The notes: generated from the sequence alone by a model not told the origin. Counted from the first letter of the stretch, positions 20,731 through 30,534 are shown. The stretch is DNA of 64,000 bases from Acidobacteriota bacterium (GCA_040755995.1 JBFMAF010000035.1:32001-96000); one strand, 5' to 3'. Made by a program: numbers and translations.

Positions 20731-21435
20731 ATGCCGGATCGAAGCGCTTTCCACGGGTTCACAAAGCAGACCGTCGCGTTCTTGAACGGCCTGAAGCGGA
20801 ACAATAACAGGGAATGGTTCGAGGCTCACCGCGCCGACTACGAGCAGCATGTGCTCGATCCCGCGAAGGCGTTCGTCGTTGCTCTCGGGAATTCTCTCCG
20901 GGGCATGGCGCCCGGCCTGGTGGCCTTGCCGAAGATCAACGGCTCGATCTTTCGCCTCAACCGCGACACCCGGTTCAGCCCGGATAAGACGCCTTACAAG
21001 ACCCATCTCGCCGTGTTTCTGTGGGAGGGCGAGGAGCGTCTGGAGGGATCCGGGTTCTATTTCCATCTCGAGCCTCCGAACCTGATGCTTGGAGCCGGCA
21101 TCTACATCTTCCCCAAATCGCTGCTCGGCCGCTATCGGAGCGTGGTGGCGGAACCCGAACGAGGCCGGGAGCTGTCGAAGCTCATTGAGCGTCTACGGCG
21201 GAAGGGCTTCGAGGTCGGCGGGAAGCGGCTGAAGCGTCCGCCGGCAGGATTCGATCCAGCAGATCCACGCGTAACGCTGCTCATGCACACCGGCTTGTAC
21301 GCCGGCACCGAGATGCGCATCCCGCAGGAAATCTATTCGCCGAATCTGCTCTCGTACTGCCGCGACAAGTTCGGACAGATGGCCCCACTTCACCACTGGC
21401 TGGTCCGCCTGAGCCGCGGCGATTTCGATCGCTGA
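20731..21435 (+). CDS. DUF2461 family protein
   Basis: NNNREWF, IFRLNRDTRFSPDKTPYK; SD GGAG. Confidence 0.9.
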   Translation: MPDRSAFHGFTKQTVAFLNGLKRNNNREWFEAHRADYEQHVLDPAKAFVVALGNSLRGMAPGLVALPKINGSIFRLNRDTRFSPDKTPYKTHLAVFLWEGEERLEGSGFYFHLEPPNLMLGAGIYIFPKSLLGRYRSVVAEPERGRELSKLIERLRRKGFEVGGKRLKRPPAGFDPADPRVTLLMHTGLYAGTEMRIPQEIYSPNLLSYCRDKFGQMAPLHHWLVRLSRGDFDR

Positions 21436-21464
21436 AGCCTCCGAGCTACAGCGCTCCGCCCGGT

Positions 21465-21893
21465 TCAGCGCAGAGAGATGCGGATTCTTCCGTCTTCGAC
21501 CTGGACCGCGTGGCAGCCCGCCGGCTTCTTGGCGGGGCCGTGAAGCGCCTTCCCACCGTAGTCGTACGTGGTCTTCCCGACGCTGCAGCACTGCACGGTC
21601 TCGGTCCCTGGCACCGGATCCAGACGGCGGCCCATATGCCCACATCGGTTGCGGAAGGCATGGTATCTGCCGTCCTCGCCGTGAATCACCAGCACGCGAT
21701 CAGGCAGCCCTTTGCCTTCGAGACGGATCCCACCGCCGCGCCGCGTGATCTCAGGGGCCCGGCTCAGATCCACGACGACCTCGCCCCCTTCATACCGCCA
21801 GCAGTGCGGGTCCTGAGGCGGTTGGGTAACAGGCAGGCCGAACAGACGCTGCAGGAAACTCCTCTTCAAGATCGTCACTTCCACCTGCGCCAC
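21465..21893 (-). CDS. Rieske-like ferredoxin with atypical second ligand loop
   Basis: NRCGHMG first loop; second loop QCCSVG lacks His; GPAKKP. Confidence 0.7.
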   Translation of the reverse strand: MAQVEVTILKRSFLQRLFGLPVTQPPQDPHCWRYEGGEVVVDLSRAPEITRRGGGIRLEGKGLPDRVLVIHGEDGRYHAFRNRCGHMGRRLDPVPGTETVQCCSVGKTTYDYGGKALHGPAKKPAGCHAVQVEDGRIRISLR

Positions 21894-21910
21894 CTCGCTT
21901 TCGCGCGTAG

Positions 21911-21939
21911 TTTACATCCCGGATCGACTCCGCTACAAT
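21911..21939 (+). promoter_or_regulatory. Putative sigma-70 promoter of the selenoprotein gene
   Basis: TTTACA-17 bp-TACAAT, then SD GGGAG and ATG 21967. Confidence 0.55.
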
Positions 21940-21966
21940 GGGCTCAGTCAAGAGGGAGTTGCGCAG

Positions 21967-22188
21967 ATGGACAATGACGTGCTCATCTTCGGAAAGGACA
22001 CTTGACCCTACACGACGAAGGCCCGTGAGGACTTCGCCAAGAACCGCAAGGTCCGATACCTGAACGTCGCCAAGGATCCGGCAGGCCTCGAACAGATGCT
22101 CAAACATAGCAAAGGCAGGCGCGAGGTACCGGTCATCGTGGATGGCGGCAAGGTGACGATCGGTTGGGGAGGCTCCTGAGGCGTCTGA
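21967..22188 (+). CDS. Glutaredoxin-like UXX-star selenoprotein with two Sec codons (73 aa)
   Basis: MDNDVLIFGKDT-U-PYTTKAREDFAKNRKVRYLNVAKDPAGLEQMLKHSKGRREVPVIVDGGKVTIGWGGS-U-GV*; UGA at 22003 and 22177; Grx-like VPVIV..G motif; SECIS-like hairpin after each UGA. Confidence 0.85.
22016..22036 (+). promoter_or_regulatory. Candidate bacterial SECIS for UGA 22003
   Basis: CGAAG-G-CC-[CGUGA]-GG-A-CUUCG; loop 18 nt after the UGA, with G at loop position 2. Confidence 0.55.
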
Positions 22189-22192
22189 CGCA

Positions 22193-22211
22193 GTGCGGCG
22201 GTCAGCCGCAC
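22193..22211 (+). promoter_or_regulatory. Candidate bacterial SECIS for UGA 22177
   Basis: GUGCGGC-[GGUCA]-GCCGCAC perfect 7-bp stem; loop about 20 nt after the UGA and starting with G. Confidence 0.65.
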
Positions 22212-22245
22212 CACTCTGAGGGCGGCCTCGCTGCGCGGATACCGT

Positions 22246-23874
22246 TCACTTCCAGACGATCTCGCCGCCCAGCAGCGTCATCCACGTTGTGACGCCCTTG
22301 AGCGAGGCATGCTGGATCTCGAACGGATTCTCGTTCGTGACTACGATGTCGGCGAGCTTACCAGGCTCGATCGACCCCAGATCTCGTTCAAGGAAACCGG
22401 CGAAGGCCGACCCCATCGTGTAGTAGTAGAGCGCATCTGCGAGCGGCATGCGCTCCTCGGGGAACCACCCCCTGTCCGGCTTCCCTTCCAGATCCTGTCG
22501 CGTGACGGCTGCGTAGATGCCCAGCCACGGATTCAGCGGCTCCACAGGCCAGTCCGTACCGAAGGCCATTGGGATGCCCGCGCGATGCAGTGACCCGTAG
22601 GCGTAGCTGTCCTTGCAACGCTCTCCCACCCGCTTCTCGCACCAGTGCATATCGTCCAGGATGTGACTGGGCTCGACTGACGCAATCGCTCCGGTCTTCT
22701 TGAACAGCCCGAAATCCTGCCTCCGCACTACCTGTACGTGCTCGATCTTGACCCGCCGGTCGCGCGGCGGGAGCCTGGACAAGTCGTCGAGCGTCATCCA
22801 GATTGCGCGATCGCCGATTGCGTGAATGTGAAGCTGGAACCCGGCTTCGTCGGCGCGCCCGATCAGTGACTCCAGCTCGCCAGGCGCATATAGCGACAGC
22901 CCCGACGTCTGTGGACGGTCGTTGTACGGTTCGAAGAAGAGCGCCGTCCCGGAGCCCATGCTCCCATCGGTCAGGATTTTCAGCCCCTGGATGCGAAGCA
23001 TGTTTCCGCCGAGGCCCTGGGCGATGCCGAGCACCGTCAACGAGTCGAGCGCCGCGATCGGCGGGCAGGCCAGCATCCGCACGCGCAACTCGCTCTTGTT
23101 GTGAAGCTCCGTGTAGACCGAGAGATCGGTCGGAGCCGTGCCCATGTCCATGACCGTGGTGACGCCGCAGCGCGCGGCCTCGGCCTGCGCCGCCCCAGCG
23201 GCATCCCGGACCTGCGCGAGTGATCGCCGTGGTATGACGGCGTAAACCAGATCCATGGCGTTATCCCGAAGCGTCCCGTCCGGATCGCCCGCCGCGTCGC
23301 GGCCGATCTCGCCACCCTCAGGGCTCTTCGTCTCGCGGGTGATTCCGGCAGCGCGGAGCGCGCGCGTATTGACGACTCCCATGTGCATGTCGTGCCGCGT
23401 GAGAAAGACGGGGTTGCGAGGCGCAGCCTTGTCCAGCAGGGCGGCGGCCGGCGGCTTCTTGTCGGGCCAGATCTCATGGTCCCAGCCGCCGCCGGTGATC
23501 CACTCGCCCGGCTCGGTTCTCTTGACATACTCGGCGAGCCGGTTCGCAAGATCCGCCTGGTCGCGGCAGTCCTTCAGCCGGGTCTGCAACAGGCTCGCCC
23601 CGCCGTCTATGAAGTGCACATGAGCATCGATGAACCCGGGCATCGCGAAGCGGCCGCCGAGGTCGATGAGCTGCGCGTCAGGCGAGGCCAGCGCCCGGAT
23701 CTCCGCGGTCGTCCCGATCTTCCAGATCCGGTCGTCCCGGATGATTACCGCCTCTTTCCACGATCGCTGCGCGTCCATCGTATAGATGCGGCCATTCACC
23801 AACAGCTTCTCGTAGCTATCCGCCATGAGCAACCCCGCTGAGAGTAAGAATGGTAGGAACGAGAGTGATTTCAC
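22246..23874 (-). CDS. Amidohydrolase_3 family metallo-hydrolase (YtcJ-like), exported
   Basis: PGFIDAHVH, IHAIGD, KIEHVQ, FGTDWP, GSIEPGKLAD; start uncertain. Confidence 0.9.
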   Translation of the reverse strand: MKSLSFLPFLLSAGLLMADSYEKLLVNGRIYTMDAQRSWKEAVIIRDDRIWKIGTTAEIRALASPDAQLIDLGGRFAMPGFIDAHVHFIDGGASLLQTRLKDCRDQADLANRLAEYVKRTEPGEWITGGGWDHEIWPDKKPPAAALLDKAAPRNPVFLTRHDMHMGVVNTRALRAAGITRETKSPEGGEIGRDAAGDPDGTLRDNAMDLVYAVIPRRSLAQVRDAAGAAQAEAARCGVTTVMDMGTAPTDLSVYTELHNKSELRVRMLACPPIAALDSLTVLGIAQGLGGNMLRIQGLKILTDGSMGSGTALFFEPYNDRPQTSGLSLYAPGELESLIGRADEAGFQLHIHAIGDRAIWMTLDDLSRLPPRDRRVKIEHVQVVRRQDFGLFKKTGAIASVEPSHILDDMHWCEKRVGERCKDSYAYGSLHRAGIPMAFGTDWPVEPLNPWLGIYAAVTRQDLEGKPDRGWFPEERMPLADALYYYTMGSAFAGFLERDLGSIEPGKLADIVVTNENPFEIQHASLKGVTTWMTLLGGEIVWK

Positions 23875-23912
23875 CGTCGTGATTATGTCAATACGCCCGG
23901 CGTTGAGCAAGG

Positions 23913-23933
23913 AGTTGTCAGTTGGCAGTTGTC
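23913..23933. repeat. 7-bp tandem array (AGTTGKC x3)
   Basis: agttgtc agttggc agttgtc. Confidence 0.6.
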
Positions 23934-24010
23934 AGTCAAGGCCCCTCCGCGTCTCCGTGTCAGGGGTGCTCGACGCGCACTCGTGTCCTCTCGGTGCTCA
24001 GGGCGTCGTT

Positions 24011-24094
24011 TTCTCTGCTTCTCCCCTTCTCCGTGTCTCCGTGTCTCCGCGTCTTCCGTCTCCCGTCTTCCGTCTTCCGTCTCCGCGTCGCGCC
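24011..24094. repeat. Mixed 8-bp/7-bp tandem array
   Basis: ttctctgc ttctcccc ttctccgt gtctccgt gtctccgc gtcttcc gtctccc gtcttcc gtcttcc gtctccgc; the 8-mer is the reverse complement of ACGGAGAC at 3667. Confidence 0.85.
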
Positions 24095-24095
24095 G

Positions 24096-24620
24096 TTAGC
24101 TCTTCTTCCGAGTCAGTTTCATGATGGCGGCGTCCTTCTTGGACCCGTTTTCGTAGAAGCTCCATTCGCACCGGACTGTGTCGTCGTCGACGAAGGTGAT
24201 CACCGCGTCATGCATATGGCCGGTCTTGGCCGGGTCGATGTTGGTGCCGCCGTCGAACTTGAAGACGAGCGTCTCCTCGTCGCCGCCGGGTTGGGCCCTC
24301 ATATGCGGCTGATTGTGCTCTGCGCAGTAGTGCGTCAAGACGAGATCATTGCCGTCGAGGTAGTATACAGTCACCATTTCGTGTTCGGTTCCGGCGAACA
24401 ACGTCTCGACCACCGCGCTTCCGGCCGAAGTGAGCTTGTACGTGAAAAGCGCGGGTCCCTGGGGCGTTTCCATCGTCCACTCGCCCAGGAGTTTCTTCAG
24501 CTTCTCGAATCCCGGATTCACTGCCGCCGGCTTGGCAGCCATCTCTTGGGCCGGGGCGGCTGTTGCGCAAACGAGCACGATCGCGAGCATTCCGAACAAG
24601 CATGCCGTCATCAGTTTCAT
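24096..24620 (-). CDS. Conserved secreted hypothetical protein
   Basis: Signal peptide; EMVTVYYLDG..LTHYCAEHNQPHM, GHMH; SD GAGGAG. Confidence 0.8.
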   Translation of the reverse strand: MKLMTACLFGMLAIVLVCATAAPAQEMAAKPAAVNPGFEKLKKLLGEWTMETPQGPALFTYKLTSAGSAVVETLFAGTEHEMVTVYYLDGNDLVLTHYCAEHNQPHMRAQPGGDEETLVFKFDGGTNIDPAKTGHMHDAVITFVDDDTVRCEWSFYENGSKKDAAIMKLTRKKS

Positions 24621-24792
24621 CGGTTCTCTCCTCTTGAATCTCTGTCTCAGCCTCTGATTCAGCTCTCATCAGTACGCTACCAGAGATCGTCGATCCGCTC
24701 AAGGCGGGTTGAGCAGTCCAGCGGACCGCTGTGCAGGTCCGGCGTGGTTGGCCGCGTTGATCGATTCACGCGTTTCCCATAAGATCACGCGC

Positions 24793-26214
24793 ATGACAGA
24801 AGAGAAGAAGCGCGGGTTCAAGCTGCCGCATCCGATCGTTCTCATCTACGTGCTGGTCATCCTCATGGCGATCCTGACGTGGGTCGTCCCGTCCGGAGAG
24901 TTCAACCGGGTCGAAAAGAAGGTCGAGGGCAAGTCGAGGCTGGTGACGGTTCCGGGGACTTATCAGCGGGTGGACCAGAGTCCGGTGGGGCCGGAGATGC
25001 TCCTGATCAGCCCGATCAAGGGCTTTCAGGACGGAATGCTGATTATCGTGTTCTGTTTCATCATCGGAGGCGCGTTCGCCGTCATCCAGGAAACCGGCGC
25101 TATCGACCTTGCGATCCGGAGGATGGCAAACTCCTTTTCCAGGCATCCGTCGGCGCACAAGCTTCTCATCCCGGCTCTCATGATCGTGTTCTCTCTGGGC
25201 GGCGCGATTTTCGGCATGTGCGAGGAGACGATCCCGTTCATTCTCGTCTTCATCCCGCTCGCGATGTCACTCGGCTACGACTCCATCGTCGGCGTGTCGA
25301 TTCCGTTCCTGGGGGCGGCGGCGGGCTTCGCCGCGGCTTTCTTCAACCCGTTCACGGTCGGGATCGCTCAGGGGCTCTCGGACCTGCCGCTCTACTCAGG
25401 TCTGGACTATCGACTCCTGATCTGGGTCGTGGGTACGGCGGTCAACATCTCCTTCGTGATGATCTACGCCGCGAAGATCAAGCGAGATCCGACGCTGAGC
25501 CCCGTCTACGAGCTGGATCGCACACGGGTGCACGAGGTGCCGTCGAACGGCCCTGAGCCGGTGCACTGGACATGGAGGCACCGGCTGGTGCTGGGTGTGT
25601 TCGGCGCGGGCATCGTCATGCTGGTCGTCGGCATCCTGGTCTGGCACTGGTACATCGAGGAGATCGCCGCGCTGTTCATGGCGATGGGCATGCTGTCGGG
25701 ATTCGTTGGAGGGATCGGGCCCAGCCGGATCTCGCAGAACTTCGTGCAGGGGGCCAAGGACATGATGGGGGTCGCATTCGTCATCGCCTGCGGGCGAGCG
25801 ATTCTGGTGGTTGCCCAGGAGGGGAAGATCCTGGACACCGTTCTCTACGGAGCGTCCAACCTGATTTCCGTCTTCCCAGCGGTCATGACGGCCCAAATGA
25901 TGTTTCTGACGCAGTGCGTGATCAACTTCTTCATCCACTCCGGCACGGCGCAGGCGTCTCTGACGATGCCTATCATGGCTCCGCTGAGCGACCTGGTGGG
26001 CATCACGCGACAGACCACGGTTCTCGCGTTTCAGCTCTGCGAGTTCGTGAACCCGATCCTGCCCACCTCGGCCGTCACCATGGGCGTCCTCGGGGTGGCG
26101 AAGATCCCGTGGGACAAGTGGGCGCGCTGGTTCCTCCCGCTGATGCTGGTCCTGATGGCGCTGAGCTTTGTGCTGCTGGTGCCCCCGGTACTGCTGAACT
26201 GGGGGCCGTTCTAG
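24793..26214 (+). CDS. YfcC/DcuC-like ion-transporter-superfamily permease
   Basis: LPHP..LTWVVPSGEF, FNPFTVGIAQ, TMPIMAPLSD; about 12 TM. Confidence 0.9.
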   Translation: MTEEKKRGFKLPHPIVLIYVLVILMAILTWVVPSGEFNRVEKKVEGKSRLVTVPGTYQRVDQSPVGPEMLLISPIKGFQDGMLIIVFCFIIGGAFAVIQETGAIDLAIRRMANSFSRHPSAHKLLIPALMIVFSLGGAIFGMCEETIPFILVFIPLAMSLGYDSIVGVSIPFLGAAAGFAAAFFNPFTVGIAQGLSDLPLYSGLDYRLLIWVVGTAVNISFVMIYAAKIKRDPTLSPVYELDRTRVHEVPSNGPEPVHWTWRHRLVLGVFGAGIVMLVVGILVWHWYIEEIAALFMAMGMLSGFVGGIGPSRISQNFVQGAKDMMGVAFVIACGRAILVVAQEGKILDTVLYGASNLISVFPAVMTAQMMFLTQCVINFFIHSGTAQASLTMPIMAPLSDLVGITRQTTVLAFQLCEFVNPILPTSAVTMGVLGVAKIPWDKWARWFLPLMLVLMALSFVLLVPPVLLNWGPF

Positions 26215-26293
26215 GCGCCGATAGAACCCGCCTGGCGCACCGGCCCGTGAACCTGCCGCCGGCAGCGCTGCCGCGCGATCGGCGCTCGCGCGT

Positions 26294-27508
26294 CTACTCC
26301 CTTGTCGTCGTCTTGAGCACGGTCAGGACCTCCCTGGCGATCTCGCGCTCGAACGCCGCCTTCTGCGCCTTGTCCGGCTGCGTGGCGGTGAACTTGGCGG
26401 TTCTTTCGAGGATGCTGCGTTCCTCTGCGAGGAATCGCGGCAGCCAACCCGAGGCGGCGGTGTTGTCGAGCCTGGTCAGGTCGAGGTAGTCGAGGCGCTC
26501 GTCGTCCTGGTACGGCCGGAGGATCCCCTTGAGCCTGAGCGTCTCCGCGAAAAGCGGCACGGGCGATCCCTCCGACAGCTCCGCCGGCACCTCCTCGGCC
26601 TCCACCCACAGCGGCACGGCGATTCCGCAGACAGGCTCGCCGGGGATGATCCACATCGTTGCCTCGCGCGGGTCGGCTCCCTCCGCCACTCCGTGCACCA
26701 CCACGCAGTTCGCCGTCCAGGCGCGGTTGATGGAGTGCTGAGTGAAGATCAGGCGGGGAGGCTGAGGCGGCAACTTCCGCCGGTCTTCCGGTTCGGGGAA
26801 GCCGAGGAGGGAGTTGCCCAGATCGCGGGCTGCGTCACTGAGTATGAACGAAACCGACAGCTTGCCCTCGGGAGCACGCTCGAGCACCTCCGTCTCGCGC
26901 TCGAATCGAACCAGTCCTTTGCCCTCCCCCTGCTTGCCGCTCCGCGCGAAGTTCGTATTCACGATGTACTTCTCGGGCAGCGTTGCGGCGTCGATTCTCA
27001 CGTAGCCGTGATTGTGAGTCTCGAACAGCGCCGCGCCGCCTTCGGAGTCGATCACGCCGAAATTCGCGCGGCTCCCGACGTCGGGTCCGAGGTTGGCCTT
27101 GACGTAGCCTTCGAAATCGTCCGCCGTCCTGCACGTGCGCAGCGCATCCGCCATGATGAAGCCTTCGAGATCCTGCGATTCGCCCGACTTCTGAGGCAGG
27201 TTGTATGCCACCGAGTTCATGATCGCGAACCCGGCACGGTTCAGACCCACCCACGCTCTGCGCCCGGACGGGTCGTCGGCATTCACCACGCAGAGATAAG
27301 AGTATGGAACGTCCTTGACGAAGACGACCCTGTTGGACAGCTCATCCGTGTCACGGTTCTTCCAGAGGATCGGCCTGCCGTCGGTCGCGGCCTGAACGCT
27401 GACTACGGCCGTGGAGCACTCCTCAGCCGCCAGGTCCGGCAGCCAGCCTGCGATCGACCATGTTGTGTGCAACGCGCAGGCGATTGCGAAACGGGCAGCC
27501 CCCCTCAT
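26294..27508 (-). CDS. Exported Ntn-hydrolase (peptidase C45/C69-like)
   Basis: Signal peptide then catalytic Cys in CSTAVV; DGRPILWKNRD; SD AAGGAGG. Confidence 0.8.
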   Translation of the reverse strand: MRGAARFAIACALHTTWSIAGWLPDLAAEECSTAVVSVQAATDGRPILWKNRDTDELSNRVVFVKDVPYSYLCVVNADDPSGRRAWVGLNRAGFAIMNSVAYNLPQKSGESQDLEGFIMADALRTCRTADDFEGYVKANLGPDVGSRANFGVIDSEGGAALFETHNHGYVRIDAATLPEKYIVNTNFARSGKQGEGKGLVRFERETEVLERAPEGKLSVSFILSDAARDLGNSLLGFPEPEDRRKLPPQPPRLIFTQHSINRAWTANCVVVHGVAEGADPREATMWIIPGEPVCGIAVPLWVEAEEVPAELSEGSPVPLFAETLRLKGILRPYQDDERLDYLDLTRLDNTAASGWLPRFLAEERSILERTAKFTATQPDKAQKAAFEREIAREVLTVLKTTTRE

Positions 27509-27573
27509 GACACCTCCTTGTGCAACCATGCAATATGGGCTTGGCAACGAGGTCGTCGCTGCCGTGCGGCGAC

Positions 27574-30417
27574 TTAACGATATCCGACGAGCATCGTGTA
27601 GACGATCAGCACGATCAGCGTGATGCCGACGGCCAGCGCGACGAAGCCGAACGCTCTGAACCCGCGTTCTACGGCTCTCGGGAGCGGCCTCACGATCCTC
27701 TCAGCCTCCTCGCCCTCGGCCGAGATCTTGTCGTACTCGCGCGGCTTGTCGTACTTCAGCTCATCCATCGGTACGCAGCAGGTGAAGATCACAGTGTCCA
27801 TCGGGAACTTGTCGGGCCTGAAGTGCGTGTTGAAGAAATGGACGGTGAAGATGAAAGCCACGGCGAGCAGCGCTTCGTCGCTGTGTATGATGGTGGCGAC
27901 GTTGATGGCGAGACCCGGTAGGATGCGGGTGAAGAACTCGGGAAACCAGAGGATAAGTCCCGTGGACCCGATCACGAACACGCCCCAGAAGACGGCGAAA
28001 TAGTCGAACTTCTCCCAGTAAGTGTACCGGCCGTAGCGGGGCCGCGGGCCGAGTCCCAGGAACCACTTGATCGAGCCCCACAGCTCTCGGAGGTCGTTCA
28101 GGTTGAAGAGCATGGAGTCGGGGTTCGTCAGATAGCGGAACCAGCCCAATTTCGACTCCTTCCGCTTGCGCCGGAGGTCCCAGAGATGGATGGCGAAGAC
28201 GGTCAGGAGGGTGACGGCGGCGATGCGGTGGAGGCCGCCCATCGAGTCGAACCCGCCCAGGATATGCGAGAGCCTCAACGCCCACGGCATGAACGAGAAC
28301 TTGAGTGACATCCCGGAGAGCGCGAGGGTGAAGAAGCTGATCAACATGGTCAGGTGCAGCGCCCGCTCGAGGCTCGTGAACCTCCTGTGACAGACAACGA
28401 CCGTCGTGGCGGTTTCCTTGTGCGGAAGCCACTGCGCGCGTGAGCGCCACAATCGCCACAACCAGGCGAACGTGTGGATGAGCGCGAAGGTCAGGGTGCC
28501 GGCGAGCAGGATGGTCATGCCCCAGAACGAGTAGAAGAGGTAGGGATACTTCTTACGCTCGTGATGCGTGGCGTGCGTCAGGTATCCGGCGAAGCGCCGG
28601 TGCGCGCCGGGATGGCACTGCGCGCACGTCGCTACGACGTTCTGGCGGCTAAGACGGGAATGCGGATCGGTGGTGGGAAGTATGTCATGCGTGCCGTGAC
28701 AGTCGTAGCATTTTGCCGCGCCGGCCGAGCCCAGGCGCGTGACCTTGCCATGATACGTTTCGAAGAAGGTATTCGCCTCGGTCCGGTGGCAGTTGCCGCA
28801 TTGGGACATCATCTCGAAGCGGAAGTCAGGCCGGTCCGTGCGCTTGATGGAATGCGAGGAATGGCAGTCCTCGCAGGTGGGCAGCTTCTTGTCGGTGGTC
28901 GTGTTGCCCGGCCAGTGGACGCTGTTCTTGAACACCTCCTCGATTCCCCGATGGCACCGGCCGCAGGTGTCTGCGATCCGGGACGGATACACGGTCGATC
29001 GCGGATCCGAAGGCGGGAGCTCGCCGTGTGCGGTGTGGCAGTCGGCGCACGTGGCGGTCACCACGAGACCGCTCTGCACCAGGCCGACTCCGTGGATGCT
29101 CATCTGGTAGCTCCTCACGATGTCCGGTACGTCGGACTTGATCCTCACGGCGGCCTTTTCCCCGGCTCGATGGCATCGCGCGCACAGATCGGGGACGTTC
29201 CGCGGGTAGGTCGGCGAGGACGGCAGCAGCCTGCTCTTCGTGTAGTGCCGGTCGTGGCAGTCGAGGCAGGATGGAGCGTCCGGGTCGCCTTTGGCAGCGA
29301 GCGTCCCGTGGGTGCTCCCCCGGTACGTGTTCACCTGCTCGGCGTGGCACACGCTGCAGTCCACCTTCGAACGTATCGTCTCGCAGGGCCTGTGCCGCGA
29401 CTCCACCACTTCCGTGTGGCATTGAGCGCAAGCTGTGCCGGCGTGCATCGAGGCGGCATAGACCTGCCGGTCGACGTAAAGCGACACCTTCTCGCCGTTG
29501 CGGACCACGGCCAGGTCCGGCTTGCCGTGGCACATCAAGCAGTCCTCATTCGCCATCCGCAGAGTGCTGACGACCTTGCGCACCTTGTGCGGCGAGTGGC
29601 ACTCCGAGCAGACCGGGATCTTGTGCGGTTCCTCTTCCCACAGCCTCCCCTCGACGACCTTCTGGTGCACGTCTTCGATTCGCGCGTGACACCTCGTGCA
29701 GGTCCTCGCCACGTTCCTCCGGTTCACACTGGACTGAGGATCCGTGCTGGGCAGGATGCGGTGCGATTCGTGGCACGAAGTGCAGACCGCGGTGACCGTG
29801 AGCCCCTTCTTGAAAAGCCCTTCACCGTGGATGCTCTCCGAGTAGTTCTCCAGGATCCGATCTTGTGGGATATGATGCGTGAGTGATACCGGCGAGCCTT
29901 CGTGATGGCATCGCCCGCAAGTCGCCGGGACGTTCATGGTGGAAGTCGGCGATCGCGGGTCGCTGCGCGGCAGGATGTGGTGCGTTCCGTGACAGTCGGT
30001 ACAGCGGGGAGCGAGCTTGTCGCCGCGCGCGGCCGCCTTGCCGTGCACCGTCTGAGTGACTTCCTTCTGCTCGTTCTCGTGACAGATGCCGCAATCGACG
30101 CGCTTCAGATCCTCCGCGTGCGGGAACTCAGCATTCTCGATGTCCTGGTGACACGCCACGCACTCCATGTCGCGGTGGACGGAGTCCCGGTGCTGCTTGA
30201 TGTCTACGAAGACGGAGATCTCCCTGCCGTCGCGTGTCCCCTTGAGCGTCTCGTCCCCGTGGCATTCCAGGCACGTCTCGGCGTCCTGAGCCCTGCCCAT
30301 CTCGCCCGCCCACAGGAACGCTATGCAGAAGGCCGCGCAGATGATGACGCGATGCGCCAGACGCGACTCGCCACATCCCGTCCTCCCCCAGCCGGCCTCG
30401 CGCAACCCAACACGCAT
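27574..30417 (-). CDS. Multiheme cytochrome c (19 CxxCH) fused to a cytochrome b membrane domain (CbcL-like architecture)
   Basis: 19 CxxCH counted; C-terminal RALH, GLHR, YWEKFDYFAVFWG, IHSDEA, VHFFNTH; start uncertain. Confidence 0.9.
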   Translation of the reverse strand: MRVGLREAGWGRTGCGESRLAHRVIICAAFCIAFLWAGEMGRAQDAETCLECHGDETLKGTRDGREISVFVDIKQHRDSVHRDMECVACHQDIENAEFPHAEDLKRVDCGICHENEQKEVTQTVHGKAAARGDKLAPRCTDCHGTHHILPRSDPRSPTSTMNVPATCGRCHHEGSPVSLTHHIPQDRILENYSESIHGEGLFKKGLTVTAVCTSCHESHRILPSTDPQSSVNRRNVARTCTRCHARIEDVHQKVVEGRLWEEEPHKIPVCSECHSPHKVRKVVSTLRMANEDCLMCHGKPDLAVVRNGEKVSLYVDRQVYAASMHAGTACAQCHTEVVESRHRPCETIRSKVDCSVCHAEQVNTYRGSTHGTLAAKGDPDAPSCLDCHDRHYTKSRLLPSSPTYPRNVPDLCARCHRAGEKAAVRIKSDVPDIVRSYQMSIHGVGLVQSGLVVTATCADCHTAHGELPPSDPRSTVYPSRIADTCGRCHRGIEEVFKNSVHWPGNTTTDKKLPTCEDCHSSHSIKRTDRPDFRFEMMSQCGNCHRTEANTFFETYHGKVTRLGSAGAAKCYDCHGTHDILPTTDPHSRLSRQNVVATCAQCHPGAHRRFAGYLTHATHHERKKYPYLFYSFWGMTILLAGTLTFALIHTFAWLWRLWRSRAQWLPHKETATTVVVCHRRFTSLERALHLTMLISFFTLALSGMSLKFSFMPWALRLSHILGGFDSMGGLHRIAAVTLLTVFAIHLWDLRRKRKESKLGWFRYLTNPDSMLFNLNDLRELWGSIKWFLGLGPRPRYGRYTYWEKFDYFAVFWGVFVIGSTGLILWFPEFFTRILPGLAINVATIIHSDEALLAVAFIFTVHFFNTHFRPDKFPMDTVIFTCCVPMDELKYDKPREYDKISAEGEEAERIVRPLPRAVERGFRAFGFVALAVGITLIVLIVYTMLVGYR

Positions 30418-30534
30418 CAGGAGCCGCAGCCTATCAGAGTTCTTGAGGCCGATCAACGCGTCTCGCGAACGACCGGCGCGCCCGCGGCGCTTCCTCCCGG
30501 ACGTCCCGGGCATTCCACGCGAGCCTCCGCCCTC

